From assembly GCA_030704845.1 (NCBI GenBank), contig JAUYKZ010000016.1, positions 1 through 20,324 of the forward strand: a DNA stretch of 20,324 nt, given 5' to 3'. The notes beneath the pieces were generated by a model. That model was given only the letters and a program-made list of their open reading frames with translations, ran no database searches and was not told the origin of the DNA. The translations under genes and the position numbers were made by a program. This document shows, in pieces, positions 6,580 to 14,918 of the stretch. This DNA is from an archaeon. GTDB lineage: Archaea; Nanobdellota; Nanobdellia; Woesearchaeales; GW2011-AR9. How positions within the stretch are numbered: the first letter of the stretch is position 1; the number at the start of each line of letters is the position of its first letter.

Positions 6580-8274
6580 ATGATTCAAAAAAAAATAATT
6601 GCTTGGGGATTTATTCTCCTACTTGTATTTTCAGCATTACCATTAGCTTTTGCTCAATCACAAGCATTAACACTTAATACCTACTGGAATGGTGAAGTAG
6701 TCCAAAAAGTAGTTGAACAAGGACAATTTGCTGAATTTTCAGTAAGTATAATCAGTCAAAGTCAATCAAGATTATCCGTAAATATATTACGTAGCGGAAG
6801 GATTGTTCAAAGAATAAGAAATGGACAAATTATACCTACCGGACTAAATAATCCGTTTTATTTTACTACTGTTCAGATTGGTACTAATAACATGGCAGGA
6901 GATTATGTTATCGAAGTGATTGCAGCAAATAATCAAGGATCAGAAAGAGAAACTCTGGCTTTAAGCGTGCAAAGAGATGAGCCAGTTAATAACAATAATA
7001 ACTTTGTGGATAACGGAGATTCTCGTGATTTCAGCGGTGAAGAAAATAATTGGCAAGATTCTGTTCATGGTGAATCATATAACAATCCAAGATTTAATCC
7101 ATCTTCACAAGTAGATTTAGGGATTAATAATAAGATAATTGGTTTCGGACAAGGAATTCAAGTAGATCGAAACGATGATGCAATGGTTCAACCTAACGCT
7201 AATCCCGATCCAAGAGTTGTTCCAAATGCTGGCGAGATCGATTTTAATGTGAATGACATCGTTCCACTGCAGGGAGGTTTACGAGGTTTAATCCCATCAA
7301 ATAATAATCCAATAGATGAGGGCGTGGGAGAACGTATTATTCCACCGGAAGATGAAGCCGTTGGAACCAATCCACTTAACGATCAAGAACCAGTTTATGT
7401 TCCAACTATAGCTGGGCAGGATCCAGTTAATGATCAAGAACCGCAAAATGATTACTTTGGTGAAGAAGAAGCAGGCGAAGATCCAGTTAATGATTTAGAA
7501 AATACAGCTCCAGTTCTTACAACTCCTGCTGTTCTCCATGTGGAAGAAGGTCAAACAATTACTTTCCAAGTTGAAGTATTTGACGCAGATGGCGATTCAG
7601 TAAAAGTAATCGCTCATGAAAATTGCGGAGAAGATCTTGGATGTTTATTTGGTAGAATGGTTAGTTTACTATTAGGATTAGATTACCTTCCAGATAATGC
7701 ATCCTATAATGATGCAACCAGAACTTTCACTTACACCCCTGGGTTTGATACCGTAGAATTATTTGGTGGCCAGGAAGATGTAGAATTCCAATTCATTGGA
7801 TATGATGGTCAGGATTACTCTCAATGGGCTATGGCACATATTATAGTACATGATCGAAGACATTTTAATCCACAACCAATACCCCCAGAATTCTTACCAG
7901 AAGATCCAGTAATTCCAGAAGTTCCCGAACAACCAGAACAACCGGAAGAAACAGGAGATAGGGTTGGCGCGGTAATTGCTAGCGCTCATGTAAGTAACAT
8001 GGTTATGGTTGGGGACACAGTACAAGTCTCAGTTAATGTTGACAATAATGGCGATGTAGATATGGAAGATCTAAGGGTAAGAGTAATTATACCCGATTTA
8101 GGTATAAGTGCTTCCACAAGCACTTTTGATCTAAACGCTGGTATGAATAAACAAAAAACATTGGGGCTCCCAATACCTGTTCAAGCCAGACAAGGATTAT
8201 ACCTTATTCGGATTGTTATAGAGAATGGGGACTTCCATGAGACCGCCCATAGATACGTAACCATTGTTAGATAG
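6580..8274 (+). CDS. secreted multi-domain adhesin-like protein (Ig/CARDB-like, disordered acidic linker, cadherin-like, CARDB/COG1361-like)
   Basis: Type-I signal peptide MIQKKIIAWGFILLLVFSALPLAFA/QS. Cadherin-like signature APVLTTPAVLHVEEGQTITFQVEVFDADGDSV. The C-terminal domain VSVNVDNNGDVDMEDLRVRVIIPDLGISAS is paralogous to a domain in the next gene. No C-terminal anchor. Confidence 0.85.
   Translation: MIQKKIIAWGFILLLVFSALPLAFAQSQALTLNTYWNGEVVQKVVEQGQFAEFSVSIISQSQSRLSVNILRSGRIVQRIRNGQIIPTGLNNPFYFTTVQIGTNNMAGDYVIEVIAANNQGSERETLALSVQRDEPVNNNNNFVDNGDSRDFSGEENNWQDSVHGESYNNPRFNPSSQVDLGINNKIIGFGQGIQVDRNDDAMVQPNANPDPRVVPNAGEIDFNVNDIVPLQGGLRGLIPSNNNPIDEGVGERIIPPEDEAVGTNPLNDQEPVYVPTIAGQDPVNDQEPQNDYFGEEEAGEDPVNDLENTAPVLTTPAVLHVEEGQTITFQVEVFDADGDSVKVIAHENCGEDLGCLFGRMVSLLLGLDYLPDNASYNDATRTFTYTPGFDTVELFGGQEDVEFQFIGYDGQDYSQWAMAHIIVHDRRHFNPQPIPPEFLPEDPVIPEVPEQPEQPEETGDRVGAVIASAHVSNMVMVGDTVQVSVNVDNNGDVDMEDLRVRVIIPDLGISASTSTFDLNAGMNKQKTLGLPIPVQARQGLYLIRIVIENGDFHETAHRYVTIVR
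7369..7500 (+). repeat. three copies of a short acidic coding repeat ([DN]P[VL]ND[QL]E) inside the linker
   Basis: AATCCACTTAACGATCAAGAACC (7369-7391), GATCCAGTTAATGATCAAGAACC (7420-7442) and GATCCAGTTAATGATTTAGAA (7480-7500). Confidence 0.7.
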
Positions 8275-8317
8275 GGGCTACGTGTAGCTACTCTAGAATA
8301 CTAAAACGTTCGAAAGG

Positions 8318-8397
8318 TTTAAATAATACGGACCGTTTTTAAGGATGAAAGTGGGCATTATGCCTTACGCTCTTTAACTAACAACAAGGTTTGGAGG
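8318..8397 (+). promoter_or_regulatory. promoter and leader of the S-layer-like gene (TATA TTTAAATAA 8318-8326; SD GGAGG 8393-8397)
   Basis: The TATA box lies about 85 nt upstream of the ATG. The strongest SD in the window sits 10 nt before ATG 8408. Confidence 0.55.
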
Positions 8398-8407
8398 AAG
8401 ATAAAAA

Positions 8408-9688
8408 ATGAAAAACAGTTTGTTTGCAATGTTCGTTATTGGTTTGTTAGTGCTTGCCAACGTAGTTGGTGCAGTAGCAGCTGTTGACGACGGAAACGTT
8501 GATCTTCAAAACAATGTTAAAATTGTTACTATGAAGGTTGATGGAGAATATGTAATCTTTGATGGAAATACCGTTGAAGATGTGATCGCAGTAAATGAAG
8601 GGGCAACCCTTAATGTAAGAGTAGGATTAAGATCTGCTGTTGATGTTGACGACATAGAAGTTGACGCAAAAATCAGTGGGTACGAATACTCCGATGAAGA
8701 AAACTTACAAGATTCTTTAGGACCAATTGAACTTAAGAAAGGCATTACAAAATATGTTGATCTTGAAATCAATTTACCAAGAGACCTTAAAGAAAACGAA
8801 TACTTGTTAAGACTAAGATTGCTTAACCGAGAAGGTGTAGCATTCACACAAAACGTACGCTTACTTGTTGACGCACCACGTCATAGCGTAGACCTAGAAG
8901 ATGTAAGCTTTTCCCCTAGTGTACGAGCTGGACAATCATTGTTCGTGAACGTATTATTGGAAAACTACGGTGACAGAAACGAAGAAGATGTTAAAGTTAC
9001 TGTTAGCATTCCAGAATTAGGAGTTAGCGCAACTGAATGGGTTGACCAAGTAGATGCAGACGATAGAGAACGTGCTCCAGAAATGTTCGTACAAATCCCA
9101 GCTTCCGCTGTGGAAGGAACATACACTGTAGAAGTTGTTGCAGAATACAACAATAGACACGAATCTGTTCGAAGACAGTTTAGCGTTCAAGTTCAACCAT
9201 ACGAACTTAACGACTTAGTAGGAAATACTGATGCTGCTGTATTAGTAGTTGCTCCTGAGACCCAAACTGTTGCTGCAGGTACTACCGCTACGTACGGTGT
9301 TGCCTTGGCAAACGAAGGCCGAAACTCAAAAGCATACACTATTGAAGTAGTTTCTGGCGACTGGGCAAGCGCTTCCGTAACTGAAAGCCTTGTATTACTA
9401 GACGCTGGTAAGAGCAAAGTTGTTTATGTAAATCTTGCTGTAGCTCAAAATGCTCCAGCTGGTGAACATGCAGCTACCTTAGTTGTTAAATCAGGCGATG
9501 TTGTTATCGAAACACACGCATTGAAAGCAACTGTGGCACCTGCTCAGACTGCTGCAAACGGTGTAAGCTTAAGAAATGGCGTTGAGATCGCATTAATCGT
9601 TCTCGTTGTTGTTTTGGTAGTTGTTGGCTTAATCGTAGGCTTCAGCAAACTTCGTAAAGAAGAAGACGAAGATCAAACGTACTACTAG
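8408..9688 (+). CDS. S-layer-like cell-surface protein (three CARDB/COG1361-type beta-sandwich domains, C-terminal TM anchor)
   Basis: Signal peptide MKNSLFAMFVIGLLVLANVVGAVA/AV. Repeated pattern VxVxNxGxxxxEDVxVxVxIPELGVSA. C-terminal TM segment IALIVLVVVLVVVGLIVGF followed by the charged tail SKLRKEEDEDQTYY. Codon usage is visibly different from neighbours (GCT/GTT/GAC/AAC rich). Strong SD and double terminator. Confidence 0.85.
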   Translation: MKNSLFAMFVIGLLVLANVVGAVAAVDDGNVDLQNNVKIVTMKVDGEYVIFDGNTVEDVIAVNEGATLNVRVGLRSAVDVDDIEVDAKISGYEYSDEENLQDSLGPIELKKGITKYVDLEINLPRDLKENEYLLRLRLLNREGVAFTQNVRLLVDAPRHSVDLEDVSFSPSVRAGQSLFVNVLLENYGDRNEEDVKVTVSIPELGVSATEWVDQVDADDRERAPEMFVQIPASAVEGTYTVEVVAEYNNRHESVRRQFSVQVQPYELNDLVGNTDAAVLVVAPETQTVAAGTTATYGVALANEGRNSKAYTIEVVSGDWASASVTESLVLLDAGKSKVVYVNLAVAQNAPAGEHAATLVVKSGDVVIETHALKATVAPAQTAANGVSLRNGVEIALIVLVVVLVVVGLIVGFSKLRKEEDEDQTYY

Positions 9689-9758
9689 GTAGTACGAATT
9701 TTTATCTTCTTCCATTTTTTTTCTTTTAATTAAGGAAAATTTTGGAAGAATTTTTTTT
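9678..9758 (+). terminator. compound terminator of the S-layer-like gene
   Basis: Hairpin 1 is CGTACTAC-TAG-GTAGTACG (9678-9696), whose loop is the stop codon, followed by AATTTTTA. Hairpin 2 is TTCTTCCA (9707-9714) with TGGAAGAA (9743-9750), followed by T8 (9751-9758). A further T run lies at 9715-9722. Confidence 0.7.
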
Positions 9759-9792
9759 ATAATTTACTTTTCAAACAATTCAAGAAATACCA

Positions 9793-10299
9793 ATGACAAA
9801 AATGGTTAAGAATAAGAAAAGCAGTAAAGCTAAAACACTTCCTGTAAGAAACACGGTACGGGCAGTAATTTATCGAAGAACCGAACAAGGGTATGACTTT
9901 CTTCTTCTTTACAAAGTTGGTACAAAAAATTATTGGCAGAATCCGCAAGGAGGGCAGAAAAGGGGTGAAGGCCCGTTGGAAGCTTTGCTTAGAGAATCAG
10001 AAGAAGAAACAGGGATTCCTAGAAGTTCTTTAGAATTGATAAATTCAACAGAAGTCAAGAAAGAGTATATCACTTTAAGACGAGGGACAAAAACTAAAGT
10101 AAATCTTACGGCGTATGCAGTTAAGGTTAATGGTGTTCATCAAATAAAATTGTCTAAAGAACATAATAATTTCAAATGGGTTTCTTACGATAAAGCTCGG
10201 TTAACCATGGGAAAATATCAAGAACAGATCCAAGTTTTTGATGAGATCTGTAAGGAATTATTCTATCAACATTTCATGAGAAAATCGCGTTTGGAATAA
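9793..10299 (+). CDS. NUDIX hydrolase
   Basis: Complete Nudix box GGQKRGEGPLEALLRESEEETGI (Gx5Ex7REUxEExGU). Confidence 0.88.
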   Translation: MTKMVKNKKSSKAKTLPVRNTVRAVIYRRTEQGYDFLLLYKVGTKNYWQNPQGGQKRGEGPLEALLRESEEETGIPRSSLELINSTEVKKEYITLRRGTKTKVNLTAYAVKVNGVHQIKLSKEHNNFKWVSYDKARLTMGKYQEQIQVFDEICKELFYQHFMRKSRLE

Positions 10300-10341
10300 A
10301 CATAGCTAACCTTTTTATAGTCTTGATATTATGGATATTCT

Positions 10342-11430
10342 ATGAAAATTTCAATAATTGGTGGGGGTCCGGTTGGATGTTATACTGGCTATCTTTTTGC
10401 GAAAGAAGGACATCTGGTAACAATTTATGAAAATCATCCCCTAATTGGATCTCCAATTCAATGCACAGGAATTCTTACCAACGATTTTGATGATTTTGGA
10501 TTTCCATTAAAATCATTTCTAGTTAATACCATAAACAAAATCGAGGTTATCTCTCCATCTGGAGAAGAAGTTTTAATTAAACAGAAGGATTACATTGTTT
10601 GTAGAAATAAATTTGATAATTTCTTTGCAGACCTGGCAAAGAAAGCTGGGGCAAAAATTCTGGTAAATCATTCTTTTATCAGAAAAGAAGGCAAGGCAGT
10701 AATAATTAAGGATTCTTTAACTAATAAAGAGATTAAAGTAACTCCCGATTTAGTTATTGGAGCGGATGGACCACTTTCTCCGACCGCAAAAGCGTTTGGT
10801 TTTTATAATTCGGAAAGAAAAAATTATTATGGGGTACAAGCAGTTGTCGAAGGAAAATTTGAACCAGGGACGATTAAAACCTATTTTGGTCAATCTATCT
10901 GTCCAGGATTATTTGCTTGGATTGTTCCAGAATCTTCAACGATAGCGAGAGTAGGGATTGCAGCAGTTAAAGATTCTAGAAAATATTTTGATAAGTTCAT
11001 GAAAGAGAATAATTTTAAAGCTAAAGAAATCCAAGCAGGTACAATTCCTATATATCATCCTCGACAGAAATTACATCAGGATAATTGTTATCTTGTTGGT
11101 GATGCGGCAGGTTTTGTGAAAGCAACAACCTTAGGTGGGTTGATTCCTGGACTTAAACAAGCTGAGATTATGGTCAAATCTGTTTTAGAAGGTAAGGATT
11201 ATGAAGTAGAAATTAAACCTCTTAGACGGAAAATGAAAATTCATTTAATGATTCATAACATTCTTGATAAATTTAGTGATAAAGATTTTGATAAGATGGT
11301 CCGGTATGTTAATCAACCTAAAATTCAGAAAATATTTGAACAACATACTCGAGAAAATCCATTGCCGATATTACTTAAAGCTGGATTAAAAGAACCTCGG
11401 TTTGCTTATTTTGTCAAGTATTTGTGGTAA
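10342..11430 (+). CDS. geranylgeranyl reductase family flavoprotein (archaeal lipid saturation)
   Basis: N-terminal FAD fold KISIIGGGPVGCYTGYLFAKEGHLVTIYE, then IQCTGIL, GADGPLSPTAK and the LVGDAAGFVKATTLGGL motif. TATA at 10312-10320 lies 26 nt upstream of the ATG. Confidence 0.88.
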   Translation: MKISIIGGGPVGCYTGYLFAKEGHLVTIYENHPLIGSPIQCTGILTNDFDDFGFPLKSFLVNTINKIEVISPSGEEVLIKQKDYIVCRNKFDNFFADLAKKAGAKILVNHSFIRKEGKAVIIKDSLTNKEIKVTPDLVIGADGPLSPTAKAFGFYNSERKNYYGVQAVVEGKFEPGTIKTYFGQSICPGLFAWIVPESSTIARVGIAAVKDSRKYFDKFMKENNFKAKEIQAGTIPIYHPRQKLHQDNCYLVGDAAGFVKATTLGGLIPGLKQAEIMVKSVLEGKDYEVEIKPLRRKMKIHLMIHNILDKFSDKDFDKMVRYVNQPKIQKIFEQHTRENPLPILLKAGLKEPRFAYFVKYLW

Positions 11431-12157
11431 TAATTTTAGAATACCCTTTGGTTAACCCGCCAAGACGGAAAATAATCACTTCATCAATTTTGTTATTTCT
11501 GGCAATTCTAAGATGATTCGACAACTGTTTCGGGGAAAGAATAGTTTCCTTGTTTGTTATTCCTGTTGCGATTGTTCCAAAAGCGGGGATGAAATGAGGA
11601 TAATTGTTTTTACCAAGTTGCAATTGTTTAATCAGAAATTTATCGTCAAACTGATGCATTGAGCCATATAACATTTTAATGATGGATGAATTTTTATTCG
11701 AGTAATGAAGGCCTAGACTTTTTATCAATTTTGAACGCCAGCCGTTCTGAGGATAATATTCAGCAAGATAAACCACGTTAGGATGATTCTGAATAAAATT
11801 TTGGATAGACCGTTTATTATTTAAGAAGTTGATAGATTGAGTCAAATAAAGCCTAGGATTATGTCGGGTGGGGAGTTCTAAATCAAGCATAACCGAGATG
11901 TTCTTGTTTTCAAGTTCGTTTAAAGTTCTTTGTAAAGCTTGTTTCTGAGTAAATGGAGAAATCCAATATCCCTCTTTTTTTTTAAGAATCGGCCAGTAGA
12001 TTACTTCAAGGATATTTTTGTTTTTTATTGTTTTCCTAAGTTTGTTAAATTCTATCAGATTTTCAGCGGCAAGATATAATTTACACGGCCAATTGATCAG
12101 AGAAATTTTTTGTAGGTTTTCTTCAGTTGGAAATTCTTCAAAAAAACTGATTATCAT
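11414..12157 (-). CDS. hypothetical protein (247 aa)
   Basis: Intact ORF with a TATA-like CATATTAATC on its own strand about 25 nt upstream. Its 3' end overlaps the convergent reductase gene by 17 nt. No family recognised. Confidence 0.6.
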   Translation of the reverse strand: MIISFFEEFPTEENLQKISLINWPCKLYLAAENLIEFNKLRKTIKNKNILEVIYWPILKKKEGYWISPFTQKQALQRTLNELENKNISVMLDLELPTRHNPRLYLTQSINFLNNKRSIQNFIQNHPNVVYLAEYYPQNGWRSKLIKSLGLHYSNKNSSIIKMLYGSMHQFDDKFLIKQLQLGKNNYPHFIPAFGTIATGITNKETILSPKQLSNHLRIARNNKIDEVIIFRLGGLTKGYSKIITTNT

Positions 12158-12232
12158 TCAACGGATTAAATGGTCTTGATTAATATGTTTTTCTACAACA
12201 GTCTTTATATAGCGGATTAATTGGATAAACCT

Positions 12233-12604
12233 ATGCCAACTCTTATTGCATGCTTGTCAACTGGGAAAGGAACTTGGCTTGAAGTAAGCAAAGTTCTTAA
12301 ATCTCAGGAATGGACTAAAGTTTTCTTAATCACCAATCAGTTTGGGAAAGAAAATTTTGTTAAACCATCTGATAACGTAGAGTTGGTTGTAATAGATCCG
12401 TTTAAGGAAACCGATGATCTTGTTGAAGATATCAAAAAAGGATTAAAGGATAAATTTAATGATTTTGAGATTGCTTTAAATTTAGTTTCCGGAAGTGGGA
12501 AAGAACATATGGCGTTACTAGAAGCAATATTGGAATTAGGATGCAATTTTAGATTGGTTACTTTAAAAAAAGAACAATATCACATTCTGGGACTTAAGGC
12601 ATGA
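12233..12604 (+). CDS. small stand-alone Rossmann-like protein (possible CARF/DUF1887-like fold), 123 aa
   Basis: ATG 12233 is preferred over the track's TTG 12221 because TATA TTTATATAG (12204-12211) is 26 nt upstream, the leaderless spacing used throughout. Has an N-terminal strand-Gly motif LIACLSTGKG and a late motif NLVSGSGKEHMALLEA resembling the N-x-T-G-G-T-K-x-M motif of CARF-related domains. Confidence 0.6.
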   Translation: MPTLIACLSTGKGTWLEVSKVLKSQEWTKVFLITNQFGKENFVKPSDNVELVVIDPFKETDDLVEDIKKGLKDKFNDFEIALNLVSGSGKEHMALLEAILELGCNFRLVTLKKEQYHILGLKA

Positions 12605-13370
12605 TAGTATACCATCGCAGTAAAAATCTGTCAACGGCTTTAACTAAATCATATTCACTTCCCTGAATTTTCACACAAGCACCGTCAAGAGTAACTTTAG
12701 GTTCTCCCCCCAATATTAACTCTATAATCGGTTTATTTTCAGGATTGTTTTCACAACTTATTATTGGTCGACCAATACATGCTTCATCTTCTTCAGTGCA
12801 ACTTCCAACAGGAAGACGCTGAACTCCACTTGCAACATTAAAACTGAGTTCCGAGATGGAAAGGGTGTAATACTTATTAGTTACTTTTGGATCGATACCA
12901 ATGTGAACTTCTTCCCCGTTATTAAATGCGTCAGTAAGCGATCCGCTGATAGGAATATCGGCGACTTCTTGAGGACCAAAATGAAGTGGGACTTGAATAC
13001 CTTTACCAAAGACTTTAAGGATTGTCCACCATAAACCATCATATTTTACAAAGCTATAACCATTATACATATATCCGCGGTCACCACTTAGTTTTCCATC
13101 AAGATTTTCCATATGTAACTCATTAACACTTTTTACCAGTTTGTTACTTGAATCAGTATCTTTAGTGTCAAGGTTACCTAGAAGTAAAACAAATACCCCG
13201 ATTATGATTAGAACGGCTATACCAATATTTCTAGCATCTTTCTTGGTAAGTTTAGAATCTTCTTTTATAGACTTTTCAAGTTCTTCTTGAGATTCCGTAT
13301 GAAACTCTTCTTTAAGAGCTTTCTCAACTAGAATATGGTCATCTGTTGATTTTTCAGTCATAACTGTCAA
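12594..13370 (-). CDS. single-pass membrane protein with acidic cytoplasmic head and a 4-Cys ectodomain
   Basis: TM segment IGIAVLIIIGVFVLLLGNL after a 50-aa acidic N-terminus. The ectodomain contains GSCTEEDEACIGRPIISCENN...GACVKIQG. An SD-like AAAGGGGT lies about 10 nt upstream. It starts 40 nt downstream of the transglutaminase-like gene. Confidence 0.7.
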   Translation of the reverse strand: MTVMTEKSTDDHILVEKALKEEFHTESQEELEKSIKEDSKLTKKDARNIGIAVLIIIGVFVLLLGNLDTKDTDSSNKLVKSVNELHMENLDGKLSGDRGYMYNGYSFVKYDGLWWTILKVFGKGIQVPLHFGPQEVADIPISGSLTDAFNNGEEVHIGIDPKVTNKYYTLSISELSFNVASGVQRLPVGSCTEEDEACIGRPIISCENNPENKPIIELILGGEPKVTLDGACVKIQGSEYDLVKAVDRFLLRWYTIMP

Positions 13371-13410
13371 AAATAGTAACCCCTTTAAGAAGTTTCTGGA
13401 TTTAATTTCC

Positions 13411-14202
13411 CTATTTAAGAGATTTTTTCATATCTGCAAGAGATTCTTTTATAGCTTTGAAAATCTTATCGATTTCTTTCAAATCGGAATGATTTATTTC
13501 TTCATTACGGTCGTTTAGTGGGACAAAATTTGAGTACCAATTAAGGTCTAAATCAAACATTCCGTCTTCTGTTTCGGCACTCACCCAAGCATGCATTACG
13601 CCTTCAGACTCATTAAAAAGAAAAGATTCCCCGATTCTCAAATAAGCTGGAATTCTATAATGAGTAAGTAAAGAAAATAATGCTGCCGAAAGATCAGCAC
13701 AATCTCCCGTTCCTGCATATAAAACTTCGGTGATTTGGGGTGTTCCTTCAGTTATTTTTCTCTCAGGAATGTAATCAGATAAAGTTTCGTAAATTATTTT
13801 TACAGATCTAGTTGCTGACGTTTCTCCAGAAAGTTTCCGATCAATTTCTTCAATTAACTGAGATAGTTTTGGGAAAGTTCCCGGTTTCTCCATCTCTTCG
13901 TTTAAGATGATTAAATTATCTCTAGCAGAGATGTAAGCAAAAAGTCTTTCAAAAAGACCGGATTTTGTTTCGTCATTAAATCGAGCATTTCTCTCGAATT
14001 CATCTACTCTTTGAAAATAATCTAAAGCGGATTCATCTAGTTCGTTCAATGGATAATTGTTCAAAACAAATTCGTTTATGCCTCCCTCATTTTGGGAGAA
14101 AGTTAAATTAAATCTATCAAAAGTATCGACAGTGCACATATATTCCGGTTCTAAGGAATAAGGAGTAGTCATCAAGGCAATTGCTAATAAGGTTGAGTTC
14201 AT
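13411..14202 (-). CDS. transglutaminase-like cysteine protease/enzyme, probably secreted
   Basis: The Cys-His-Asp core is in canonical order and context: GTGDCADLSAALFSLL, then GVMHAWVSAE, then GMFDLD. Hydrophobic N-terminus MNSTLLAIALMTTP. Confidence 0.8.
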   Translation of the reverse strand: MNSTLLAIALMTTPYSLEPEYMCTVDTFDRFNLTFSQNEGGINEFVLNNYPLNELDESALDYFQRVDEFERNARFNDETKSGLFERLFAYISARDNLIILNEEMEKPGTFPKLSQLIEEIDRKLSGETSATRSVKIIYETLSDYIPERKITEGTPQITEVLYAGTGDCADLSAALFSLLTHYRIPAYLRIGESFLFNESEGVMHAWVSAETEDGMFDLDLNWYSNFVPLNDRNEEINHSDLKEIDKIFKAIKESLADMKKSLK

Positions 14203-14239
14203 AAGATGCCTAGAAGCCTTCTTTTTAAAAACTTTACCT

Positions 14240-14827
14240 TCAATTTTTCAATTTCTGTTTTTTTGTCATTCTTGATAATTTGCGTTCCAAACCAAAGAGA
14301 ATAGAACAGCCGATTAAAGAAAAAATACCAACTAGAATAAAGGTGATTGTAAATCCTACAAATTCAGCAATTGCAGCGCCGATTGTTGCGGTGATAGCTG
14401 CACCTAAACTGACTAGAGTTGAATAAAGACTCCATTCAAAACTTTCATGTTTCTTATCAAGGTTAACACTCCATAACCCTAACCAAGTAGGATAAGCTAA
14501 ACCGCTACCAATTCCATAAATCACTTGAGCGATATAAATGTGAATTACCGATTTAGCAAAAATGTAAATGAAAGGAACTGAAGAGACTAAAAATGTTCCC
14601 AGAATAAGCCATTTAATTTTGTCTTCATGTTTATCGACATATCTTGAGAATGGCAATTGGATAATTGATTTAGTAATAAAGAAAAGGGTGCTGGCAATTC
14701 CCGCAGCAAAAATAGTTCCACCAACAAGATTATCTTTAATAAAGATAGCAAGAATTGGAGCAATCAGTCCAAACCCTGTGACGACAGAAATATCTGAAAA
14801 CATTAATAGTTTTATGGTCTTGTTCAT
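14240..14827 (-). CDS. half-size (6-TM) MFS-like membrane protein
   Basis: Six hydrophobic segments. The TM2-TM3 loop LPFSRYVDKHEDKIKW sits where the MFS motif A (GxxxDRxGRR) normally lies. The TM4 region GIGSGLAYPTW is MFS-like. Only 195 aa, and the next gene begins 37 nt downstream. Confidence 0.7.
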   Translation of the reverse strand: MNKTIKLLMFSDISVVTGFGLIAPILAIFIKDNLVGGTIFAAGIASTLFFITKSIIQLPFSRYVDKHEDKIKWLILGTFLVSSVPFIYIFAKSVIHIYIAQVIYGIGSGLAYPTWLGLWSVNLDKKHESFEWSLYSTLVSLGAAITATIGAAIAEFVGFTITFILVGIFSLIGCSILFGLERKLSRMTKKQKLKN

Positions 14828-14918
14828 AATTAGTAAGATGTATTTTAGGATATATTAACTTATAGTATATGTCCAGAAAAAGCGAAACGAATATAACCAT
14901 TAGATTAAATAAGGTTCT

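Noticed and set aside
6050-7370. Track ORFs 6050-6235 (+) and 7188-7370 (-)
   Set aside because: They are alternative-frame or antisense ORFs nested in the 5317 and 6580 genes, with no independent signals.
8506-9417. Three long antisense ORFs (8506-8847, 8965-9153, 9193-9417, minus strand) inside the S-layer-like gene
   Set aside because: They are by-products of the strong codon bias of the sense gene. Their products are low-complexity Ser/Thr-rich, and they have no promoters or SD. The sense frame carries the signal peptide, domains and TM anchor.
12221-12232. TTG start codon at 12221 given in the ORF track (MDKPMPTL...)
   Set aside because: ATG 12233 sits 26 nt from a TATA box, matching the leaderless spacing seen at most other genes. 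The TTG would lie at or upstream of the probable transcription start.
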